From Obrimoposthia wandeli (Eukaryota): DNA of 64,000 bases. Each line of letters begins with the position of its first letter. Within the stretch, counting starts at the first letter, position 1. Below are positions 39,289 to 49,962 of this stretch, one piece after another. Where the stretch lies: assembly GCA_977020255.1 (NCBI GenBank), contig CDROCS010002633.1:558001-622000 (forward strand), read 5' to 3'. The notes beneath the pieces were generated by a model. The model was given only the letters and a program-made list of their open reading frames with translations. It was not told the origin of the DNA and did no database searches. The position numbers and the translations under genes were made by a program.

Positions 39289-40509
39289 GTTGCGCCAAAC
39301 CGAATTGTGTATTTTTGATTAACCACTTCCACAAGTAGTTGTAGATAATGCTTCCTCTGAAGAAATATTTCTAGTTAATTCAGTTTCAGGAACCACTTTA
39401 ACCGATTTAGAATTTAATATTAATGGTTCCAATAGCGAGTATTTAGATTTGAATGATACTTTGCTTTATGTTCAAATAAAAGTATTACATCAAGATGGTA
39501 ATAATTTAGAGGGAAATGACAATGTAACACCTGTAAATTATCTCTTTAATTCTTTATTTAGTGATGCCATTGTTACTCTTAATAATGTCAAAATTGAAGG
39601 TGGAAATTCTTCCTATGCTCATAAAGCTTTGATTGAAAGTCTATTGAATTATAGTATTGATACTCAAAATACTAATTTGGCAACCATTGGTTATGATAAA
39701 ACAGTTGCAACTTACAAAGAATGGATTACAGATTCTAAAGCTTACGAAATGTGTGGGTCTTTGAGATTGAATTTCTTTGAACAACCGAAATATTTAATTC
39801 CCGGTGTTAATGTACATCTTCGTTTGAAACGTAATAAATGGAATTTTTCTTTGATAAGCACATACGTTCTAAAACCTAGACTTGATATTTTGGATGCAAA
39901 ATTGTATGTCCGAAGAGTTAAAACCGAGCAATCAGTTTTAATGGCACATAATATAGGAATGGGAAAAAACAATGCTTATCTATTAAAGAAACTAAACTTA
40001 TATCCTATTCTTTAGGTACGGGTACACAAGCTTTTAATAAGGATCAAATTTTTGGTGATGAAAGATTACCGAAATTCATTTTAATATCTTTTCAAAAAAC
40101 TGCAAAGTATCTAGGAAATTATACGACAGATGCAACTCAATTTGACAATCGTAATGTAGGTTCAGTGACACTTTCAAGAAATACTGATTATCGCGAAACA
40201 TATAAAACAAATTTCGAAGGTAACGCTTATGCTTTGGCTTATATGCAATCTATTATTCGGAATTTGGGCCAACTAGATAAAAATATAAACAATGGTATTT
40301 CTTTCACTGAGTTTAAAAGCAGCTGCCCCTTCTTCACATTTGTTTTGGCACCATACTTTGATATAAACCAATGTCAACTACCAAAGGATGGAAATTTACG
40401 ACTAGACATTAAGTTCAATGCAGCTTTAACACATCCTACTACGGTGCTTATTTCCGGAGTGTTTGATTCCGAAATGCAAATCAATAAAAACAGAACTATC
40501 ATATTATAG
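39285..40509 (+). pseudogene. Major capsid protein, E2
   Basis: ELCIFD*PLPQ...LEFNI..YLDLNDTLLYV..FFEQPKYLIPGV..FTFVLAP..GNLRLDIKF. Start GTG; stops and frameshifts. Confidence 0.9.
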
Positions 40510-40539
40510 AATGAAGTAAGACATTTTTTAAATTTATAG

Positions 40540-43500
40540 TCTTGAAGACTTACACCCTCAAATTCAGTTATGGGTGGGATTTCAGTTGTATTTTCTAAAT
40601 CTGCGAAAGTTTTCGCAAATTTATACGGAAAAATCCCCTTATCGTTAACCGAAGCTGGGAACACTGACTGTGAAATTGGCCATGCATTTAAAGATGCCGT
40701 TAAATTTTTTAAAGACCCACTCAAAAACTGCAGAGAATCTATGAATCTTAAACTGCAGAATTCAGTATATGCAGTTAAAGATAAATATTTCTATGAAGTT
40801 TGAGGTATACATGAAATTTCCCAAGAGCTTAATGTACCCAACGCATATTTAAGTATATGGTGCAAATCATATCCTTTGAGGTTATGAAACACGATGGGAA
40901 TTCGTGGTTTTTTAGGGAGACGACGGCCAAGGTTACAGAGGTTGCACGCCGCTCCCAAGTATCGCCCCGTAACATGATCGTGATCTCTGACTAACTTAGA
41001 CTGGGTTCCACACAAATAACATAATCTACAAGAATTAAAATTAACCCAGTCTATGCCTGTCATGATCATTGCTTGATGAGCATTAAGATCATACCACGGT
41101 TTGACAATTGTTGTTCCTAATTCTTCTAATTTTAACATAAAATTTAAAATACAATTTGGACCGGAAAATTTATGATACTGTGTAATATTGGGGCCTAAGA
41201 ATAGTAATCCTGCCGAAGCCGGTTGGTGAATACTCTCATACTGTTCATGCAATGCTAGAATTGACTCAAAATCTGCATACACCCTGAATTCCACGGGTAT
41301 GCATTTTGCCCAATCCCTGAATTTTAAATCCTTAAGCATGCTGTATAGCGTATTGTCATCAGGATTTAGAGAATATAATGCCAGATGTTTGCAGTAAGAG
41401 AGCTCGGATCGGAATTCATGTAAACATCTATGACACCACTTACACCTTATCCTAACCGGTATATGTTCGAGCAAAATTAAGTTGACCTGAGTCACCTCAT
41501 TTTTGCTTCTATAAATTACATCTACAAAATGATTTTTAAAAATTTCTTCATCTGCTACATTAANNNNNNNNNNNNNNNNNNNNNNNNNNNNNNNNNNNNN
41601 NNNNNNNNNNNNNNNNNNNNNNNNNNNNNNNNNNNNNNNNNNNNNNNNNNNNNNNNNNNNNNNNNNNNNNNNNNNNNNNNNNNNNNNNNNNNNNNNNNNN
41701 NNNNNNNNNNNNNNNNNNNNNNNNNNNNNNNNNNNNNNNNNNNNNNNNNNNNNNNNNNNNNNNNNNNNNNNNNNNNNNNNNNNNNNNNNNNNNNNNNNNN
41801 NNNNNNNNNNNNNNNNNNNNNNNNNNNNNNNNNNNNNNNNNNNNNNNNNNNNNNNNNNNNNNNNNNNNNNNNNNNNNNNNNNNNNNNNNNNNNNNNNNNN
41901 NNNNNNNNNNNNNNNNNNNNNNNNNNNNNNNNNNNNNNNNNNNNNNNNNNNNNNNNNNNNNNNNNNNNNNNNNNNNNNNNNNNNNNNNNNNNNNNNNNNN
42001 NNNNNNNNNNNNNNNNNNGAACGCAATCAATTTTTCAAAAGCCCCATAGGGGCCTCTTCTACTTTACGTAGGTCCGGGTCTCAATCTTAGTATAGTTGCT
42101 GCTGGTCCTCGGTAGCAGTAACAGTAGCTGCTTGGGGTCTCGGTTTCGTCATTAGAACTTTGAGTAGGTCCGCGTACTTTTTCAGTACTCTTACGTCATC
42201 GCCGGGTACAGTTTTGGGCCCTCGGCAGTCTCGATTGTAGCGGGGCCACCTTTTCGGCCAAATTTGTCGATAATACCAGACAGTATCTTTGCGCACTCCT
42301 CATTAACATCGTAGTTTCGCAGTAACCCAAAAATATCGTCTTGGGCCCCCTGCAGGAAGTTATAATTACTCCTGTTGTTTACCTGCGCTTCATTATTTCT
42401 CTTCCTGCCCATGTCGAAATTTTCAGATCTTATTATTTTTATTCAGAATTTTTAAATCATTATTAATTTGTTTTTTTTTGGATCATTGACAAAAGGCTCA
42501 TTTTCGGCACACGAATCCGCTGTTGTTTGTTGTTGGTTGTTGTTGTTTTTTGTTGTGTTTTTGTTGTTGTGTTGTGTTGTGTTTTTTTTTTAAGGGCCCT
42601 TTCTACTTTACGTAGGTCCAGGTCTCAATCTTCTCCAGTTCGTCGGCTGACAACTTATCCAGGGTCCCAGTTGTATGACTCGAGAATTTAGCCCACTAGG
42701 CTGCCGTATGTTCGATGGTTTTCAGGGTTAGTCGGATCTTGATATCCTTGATCTCCTTTGCTTTAAAACCAGCATTTGCAAAGATCCGGTTATTGATTTC
42801 AGGTCAGTAGCCGAGGGTCCCGATCCTTAGCGCGTAGAGTTGCACGAGTTTTTCTGGGTGGCAGGTCTTTAGCATTTCAACGAGCTCCGCGTATTTGGAC
42901 ACAGTTTCGGTGAGCCTCAGATCAAATGACATGTCAGAGTCAAACGGGATCTTGATCTCTATCAGCATCACCTTATAGTCAGTCTCGATCGTTATGTCTG
43001 GTCGTGGTCTGCGGCTGTTTCCGTTATCGTCTACACATAAGTGGGTCATCTCTTGAGTTACCTTACCTGGATATTTTAGTTCCATGACCCTTGCAGTTTC
43101 CCGGCAGATCATGTCGTGTCTTTGAATTCGTAGTTTTGCTATGAGCTTACAACCAACGATTGCATGGCTCATCGACTCTCGCTCCTGGCATCCCTTCCTG
43201 CATGGGGCGATCATATCAGTCCTGGGGCCTCGTACCTTCATGCGCCCGCACCTTGCGCGGTGGATGAAGAACCACCCTCAGTACGTCAGACGGCCCTTCA
43301 TGATGGCCCGGTTAATGTCTGTGTCTGATGTGGCGTTCTTATATATTGGACTCGCTAGCTTGTCTTCGAGAACCTTGTGACTTTGGCTGAGTTGCATAAT
43401 TTTATGCATCGCCTTACTTGTGGCCTTGTAGGTCTTGAACTGGATGAGAAAACTGCCTCCATGGGCGCTGGTTATGAAAAGATTGAGTGCTTGGTCCTTC

Positions 43501-46500
43501 TCAATCAGTTCTAGTTTGATATTTAGCTCATTCTGGAATTTCTTAGCCGCGTGGAACAGCCGCGTCCAAAGTCCCGTATCTTTCATGTTAGTGGCTAGGG
43601 TCCCTTCATTAACCCCTGAACTGCTTTGGAGAAGGTCATTGGCAGATTAGGAAACTTCAATTGTTCGGTGAGCTCACGCCTGAATAGGTTCTTCAGGTCC
43701 CTGTCGCGTGCATTTGCCATATTTATCGTCTGGATGATGGACTGGATGTTATATTCGTCCTCAATCCTTGTCAGCCCAAGACCTCCACGGTCCTTGAGCC
43801 CATAGAGAACTCCGATAGGGCTGTTGGCTAAGTCTAGTCCCGCGATTGGTTTTATGACTTTCCTTAGGAGTTCTTCGAAGCCCCTTTCGTCTGTTCGGTT
43901 GCAGGATAAGCGGGAGTGTACCAGGTTTCCCTGTCTGAATACAAATATCAGCTTTGAGTGAATGAAGGTATTGTATGCGTCAGTATTTTGATACGGTCTT
44001 AGATCGCTTTAGGCCACTGTCGTGGTCAGTCGAAGCACTTCAGCCAACAGCTCCTCCCAATGTTGCTTGGCGTTTGCAGTCCTGTCGCTGCCAAGGTATC
44101 GGTATGGCGTGTCCGCAGTTACCTCTGGTATTTTTTCCCCTCTCAAAATGAGATTGTCGACTCGTTTGTCTTTCCTGTATGGTATTCGTAGGACACCACA
44201 CTTGCTGGGCCGGAATGTCAGCTTTAGGGTACTCGCGGTCTTGTCAGCAGTATTGATCAGGGTCTGGAGTCCTTCTTTGGAGCTAGATATGAGTGCGAGG
44301 TCATCGGCGTATGCAAGGGTCCGGATTTCTTCACCTGTTTCAAATCTGTATCCTGAGCCATGGCTTTGGTTTGTGGCCTCTATTACCGGATTGATGCTCA
44401 TATTAAATAAGAGCATCGATAGTGGACACCCTTGTCGCACTCCTCGTTTTATTGGGATCCAGTCGATTTTCCTGTCACCGCAGACAATGTTGGTCATATT
44501 CTGCTTATATACATCTTCAAGCAGTCTGATAGCGGCTGGGGCCACGTTAATTTTTTCCAGCATTCCCCAAATGAAAGAGACTGGCACTGACCTAAAGGCA
44601 TCGGCCAGATCTAGGAAGGCGATGTAGGCGCAGCTTTGGTTCCTCTTTCGCAATACTTCCGAGGTGATCAGGCTAATCACCGTGTTGTGCTCGAAGCACC
44701 CCTCGTAGGCACCAAGGGATTTTTGTCGTGGATCCAGTATTTTATTCTTCCAGGCCCAATCACTCATCCGTCTTGTGATGATTGACACAAATATCTTGTA
44801 AACGCATGACATGACTGCGATAGGTCGCCAAGCTGTGATGTCATCGTAGCGCTGTTTCCTAGGTTTTGGGATGAACTTGGTCTTGAAGGTTCGCCAAGAG
44901 TCGGGAGTCCGTTGTTCGTCAATGCATGCATTGTATAGGCTTGCCAGTTTGTTACCATTATTGAAGCTGTGTAACATGTCCCTATATGTTACTTGGTCCG
45001 GTCCTGGGGCACTACTAGGTGCTGCTCTCAGCGCTCGAGTCACCTCCTCTGGAGTGATATGGCTGATCTCGAAGGTCTCTGGTGCTTTTCGGAAAAGGTT
45101 ATCGGGAACTGCATCCCAGTCAATTGGGGTTGGTTCGGCGCTCTTGCTTGTGAAGAAACCCCGTATGTTGTCCTCGTTTGGGCATGCTGTTGTCTTGTCG
45201 ATAGGGATCTCCGTGATTTTGTCAAATGCTGCTTTTTTTGAGAAGGCGTATAGCTTGTTAATTACGATATTCTCCTTGTTCTTGCCGTGGTTCCTTGGCT
45301 TGAAACAAGGGGCTTGATCGCAATCCAGTTTCCTCAGTAGGCAGGCTGTGGTCACAGACTTTTCTATAGCGTTCACTTCCTTTCTTTCCTGCTGGGGGTT
45401 ATTGCTCAGCACAATGGCCAAGGGTTCAGATATGTCACAATTCCCATTACCCGGTGATGCTGAGCAACTCAGTTTCCCGACTTCGGGAAAGCTGAGGCTG
45501 ATATATTGTTCTCCCATTCTGTCTTACTTTTAGGTGGTGGTAAAAACTGGTCTAAACCTGTAATTGGTATGTCCTTCTTGTGGCCTGATCTCAGCTGTCT
45601 TTCATTTTGGCCTCCCCTACCTGGAATCCTGTTCGGTTCCCCCGAGGTCGATGCAGTAGGATCTGCATTTAGATCCTGAAAAATGGCATCAATTATTGCT
45701 CCAGTATCTTTGGTAGTCTCTTTGAGGATTGTCTCCCCTGGGATTGTCTCCTCAGGGATTTTCATTCTTCTCTCCGTTACGATGGGTACAACGTCATCCT
45801 GGTTACTGATGTGTCGTGCATTGACAGGGTTTGGGTCCGCTATCTGCGGCATCTTACCTTCTAAGAATTTCTTCTCGGTTTCTGCTGCACTGTTTCGTAT
45901 GCCAAACTTTATTTTTTTGTCTGTGGAGAACCATTTTTTGAGCTCGTCCGATTTTTCAATGAAACCACCATTTGGGCCTATGATGTTAGTGGCATTCGCA
46001 GTTCCGTCTTATCGTCTCTGTGCGTGTGCTTTGATGAAAGTGCCACTGATTAGAAAGGGGGAGGCGCCTTTTTTGTTTCCGCTGAGGATTGTCATTCCTC
46101 TCTCCGTTACGATGGGTACAACGTCATCCTGGTTACTGATGTGTCCTGCATTGACAGGGTGTGGGTCCGCTATCTGCGGCATCTTACCTTCAAAGAATTT
46201 CTTCTATGTTTGCTGTAAGAGAGCTCGGATCGGAATCCATGTAAACATATATGACACCACTTACACCTTATCCTAACCGGTATATGTTCGAGCAAAATTA
46301 AGTTGACCTGAGTCCCCTTATTTTTGCTTCTATAAATTACATCTACAAAAGGATTTTTAAAAATTTCTTCATCTGCTACATTAACTGGGATATCAGTATT
46401 GTATTTGAATACATTAATACTGAAGTTATTAAGGTGTTCAAATCTTGATATCGCAGTTAATTTAACTGGAAAATCTATTCCATGATACTGCAATTCATTT

Positions 46501-47436
46501 AAAAAATAGGTATATTTACTGACACGCTCTCTATGCTCAGTAATTACATTCCTTTTGAGGATGGCAACACGCTATACAGAAAGCAAAGGTTATCACTGTT
46601 TTGTATGTTAACAATGGAACGTAAAAGTTGAAGAGATTTAGGTGAAGGAATGTATGAACTCCCCGAAAGATATATCATGTCAGTGAACTTTGTTAGAACA
46701 AAGCTAACATCGTGAATTCTAACTAGAGTCCATCCACTACTTACTTCGCTATAATTAGCAATTTTTTCATCTAGGTTTCTTCCAATTTCAGTTACAACAT
46801 TATCATAGAAAACAGTTGCTTTATGTGAAATTACCCAAGTTTTAGTCTCCTCATTGACATTTTTAAACTGCACTGTTGCGCAAAATTGAACCTTAGCCTG
46901 TCCTAATTTAGTCACTTCTGATTTTAAAAGATTTTCAATATTTGAATCTACACATAAAATTTCATTTCCTAATGACACCTTAACTATAACATATTTATTA
47001 TTTAGGTGATACTCTACAGTAGCGCCGTTTTCTCTACGTTTTTTTGGTGGGACCTTATTAAGAAATTGGCCTCGTCTCTTTCTTCCTACAGTCTCTGACA
47101 AACCTCCCCCTAATTGAACGGGAAGACAACTATTCATATTAACAGTTGATACAAACGCAGCTGAGGTTGAAGGTGCTGCTATTGGTGATGCTGCCGATAT
47201 TGAGGCAATCGCAGCTGATATAGACGATGCTGCTGTAGTAGATGCTGAAGTAGTAAATGCTGCCGCAGTTGTAGATGCTGCATTTGGAGTAGTAGCCGAC
47301 ATTGCTGACGAAGAAGCGGCTGTTGTAGAGGATGATGCTGCTGAAATAAATTTATTAAAAAATTAATATATATTTTTTAATTATTACCTCTAAGGCGTGC
47401 TAACATCGATGTAGGCACTCGCGATGGGGGAGGCAT
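40540..47436 (-). pseudogene. Protein-primed DNA polymerase B, E2, with 47-nt intron, split by a retroelement, C-terminal polymerase domain deleted
   Basis: N-terminal SGWTL..GSSYIP..IVNIQNSDNLCFLYS and GIDFPV..FEHLNNFSINVF; then VYADFES, RDHDHVTGRYLGAACNLCN, VFHNLKGYD and KGIFPY. Confidence 0.9.
42019..46205 (-). mobile_element. R2/NeSL/Utopia-type non-LTR retrotransposon (RT plus CCHC plus REL), degraded
   Basis: SAPGPD, WRPIA, GCFEHN, LDLADAF, GVRQGCPLS, LAYADDL, YRYLG; CRKGCQERESMSH..C, RHD, RPD..IEIKIPF and KY. ORF ends at 42603. Confidence 0.92.
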
Positions 47437-47462
47437 AGCTGTCGTAGCGGATCACGGCTGTA

Positions 47463-48233
47463 TCAATGAATTTCCTGAAAAAAAATTAACATAAAATATA
47501 TATAATTACAATAATATATATTTAATTAAAAATAATATATATAATTAAAATTTTAAAAAATAATCTGAAAAATAATAATAAAAAATATCTAATGAAGGCA
47601 ATCCAACTGTAGCTGGAATGAAGTCCTCTTCATTGACGGAATCCATCCATTCCTCGATGGTCTCCAACCAGAAGTTATCGCTCCACTGAGGCTGCTCCAT
47701 CTCGAAATCTGACTGGGTGATATTTTCCATCCTGTCATTGTTCGAGAATTGGGTTGCTGGCGCCAACTCCTCAAAATCTTCTTGGGAGATGTCGTTCATC
47801 CACTCATTGTTAGTCATTTGAGTGGATGGGGCAGCAGCAGAATCAGGAGCCGGGAGAGAAGGAGCAATGGCAGGACCGTAAAATGGTTGATCGACTGCAA
47901 CAGAAATTGGAGCAGGAGCTGGAGCGGCCTGCGAATTGCGCACCAATTGCACGATATCCCTCTTCTTGTTGTTGGCCGTGAAACAGGATAGGTGAACTCG
48001 ATGTTCACCGAAGTAGTCTCGAAACTCCTTCTCCTCCATTGTTCTGCAGAAGGGGCAGACAAACAATTGAAGCCCGCGAGACTTTGTCCGATAGTAGGCG
48101 GACATTATCTCCATGCAGGTCTCTCCTCCATGCGGAGCCGAAGCACCACAATACGCATGGAATAGGTTACACGTAATCTGAAATAATAAATATTAATAAA
48201 GAAATAATAAGTATAGATTCTTACCATAGTCAT
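47463..48233 (-). CDS. Spliced RING-like/acidic-repeat accessory protein, E2
   Basis: MTM|ITCNLFHAYCG..TC..VCPFCR via a 47-nt GTAAGA..TTTCAG intron (48178-48224). Three WMxxI(S/T/N)xxDF-like acidic repeats. The 3' exon structure is uncertain. Confidence 0.55.
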
Positions 48234-48474
48234 TATTTCAAATAATCGGGGATTTTAATGAAGAAAGTGTTTGCTTATATACTAAAATTTATGCACATAT
48301 GCTCTTTTCCTATTGGATTAAAAAATTGAATTTATTCCTCCACTGAGAAGGATTGTTTATCTGTTATTGGTTGATAATTTTATTTTTATTCCTCCAATTA
48401 AAAGACTTATTTGTAATTGGATGAAAAATCAAATTTTTAAATAATGAATTTCTCCAATTAGAAGAATTGTTTAT

Positions 48475-49483
48475 CTACATGTCAAATGATAATAAGATAG
48501 ACTCCCCCAATTCGGCTTCCTATGTGAATAATTAAAATAATTAACTAATTTATAATAACTTACTTCCAATTTAGCCGGAGTCGGTAGGTATCGCTGCTCA
48601 CTCCTGGGATCATCCTGGCTACATTGACTCGTCAAGTACTGCGGTTCAATCAGCCTCTCCACCGTGGTCACTGACGGTGCCAAATCCAGTTGAAGTTTCT
48701 AAAAATGAAAATAACAAAACATTTTAAATAAATTAATAGACTAACCTCATTCGTCGCCTTTATTCTCCTAACAGGACGTATCGGAGATTGCGGCCTTTTG
48801 AACGAATCAGGCCCCGTATTGTCCGCTATCGGAGTTTGAGTTGTAGAGGGAGTGAGACCATCCCAATCGTCGGTGAACAGGCGCCACTCGTCCTCGTCCA
48901 ATTCTGCCACCATCGAATCGTTGGCTCTTGGGGCTCCGATACTTGGCTGTATCCATTCGTCGATGAATGGAGTCAAGTCCTCCTCACCATTCGACGGAAC
49001 GTCATCGGTGAATAGCTCCTCATCTGAGTCTGGTGCGAGTACTATCTCCGGCTGAGACAGAGAGATCAATTTCCAGGGGCGTTTGATTGCCGCCTCAAAA
49101 TTATCGAAGAGATTGGATCTCCTTGCTGCTACTGCTGAAGTTGCCGGACGAGTGGTTTCTGTGTTTTGCCTGGGAGTACAGTCTTCCCAATTCTCAAACG
49201 AATCCTGACTAGTCAGGTCGATATATTGGGATCTCTATACCCCACCTCTCATGCTCATTGGTTCTTCTCTTGGAGTTGAGCTGGCCAATGGCGGTTCTTC
49301 TAGCAACAGATCGGCTCTTGCTGCTGCTTCTCCTTTGTCTCCTTCGCTCACCACCGACGAGTCTTGACTAAGTAAGTCAATGTACTGCGCCGGTGGTAGC
49401 GTTCGCTGCTGTACTGGAGAGGGATCCCCATATAGTTGAACCTCCATATCTTCATCCAAATCGACGTTGTTGAAAATTGGCAT
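48475..49483 (-). pseudogene. Spliced acidic, disordered accessory protein with SIM-like motifs, E2
   Basis: One premature TAG (49235-49237). Two phase-0 introns (48699-48745 and 48520-48563) keep the frame. Repeats of YIDL(L/T)SQDS and LFTDD. Confidence 0.6.
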
Positions 49484-49869
49484 TCTTGATTCATGATTAA
49501 TGAAAAATAATGAAAAGAGGTTTCCTTATATACAAAAAACAACAGACTAACCCTCTTTTATCGTCCAATGAAAGCGTGTTATTCAAATAATTTATTTGAA
49601 AAATCTATAGGCTTTTATCAATTTTTTAACTACCTTTGAATGCGAGTATGTCATTGGATAAAAAAATATTTTATTTGAAAATAGTTTTATTTTCTTAAGT
49701 TTTGTTGCTTAAGTTCAACGTCCAATGAGAACGTATTATTCAAATAATTTATAGTATTTTCTTAATTTTTGTTGATGTTTGAATACATATATATCCTTGG
49801 ATTTAAAATAGTAATATTTTCTTGACCGTACATGTTTGAAGGGTAGAATTTTTATTTCAGAGATCATTT

Positions 49870-49962
49870 AAGGTCAAGTTAAGGTCATGACCTCATGAGG
49901 TAAAGGTCATTTAAGGTCATCATGGGGTCAAGGTCATTTAAGGTCATGATCATTTAAGGTCA
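49870..49962 (+). repeat. Cluster of eight (A/G)GGTCA units
   Basis: taaggtca repeated, including the perfect palindrome AGGTCATGACCT at 49882-49893. Confidence 0.85.

Larger units (their letters stand above)
33367..49600 (+). mobile_element. Maverick/Polinton (adintovirus-like) element E2, right terminus not found
   Basis: AGTAGG terminus with tandem repeats, then accessory genes, ATPase, PW-like, integrase, penton, core, capsid, protease stub, convergent pPolB and spliced accessory genes. Confidence 0.9.

Noticed and set aside
41529-42071. ORFs spanning N runs (also 60962-61708)
   Set aside because: Artefacts of assembly gaps and simple repeats.
42470-42520. gccttttgtcaatgatc (minus strand) resembling the U2 snRNA 5' end targeted by Utopia elements; also tcttatcagtt at 22520-22680
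   Set aside because: Short, mismatched, and lacking the rest of U2. The second motif is part of E1 tandem repeats.
44022-46276. Long plus-strand ORFs (44022-44627, 44871-45317, 45683-46276), and similar ORFs opposite the Shaw, capsid and integrase genes
   Set aside because: Antisense shadows of real coding sequence with no independent motifs.
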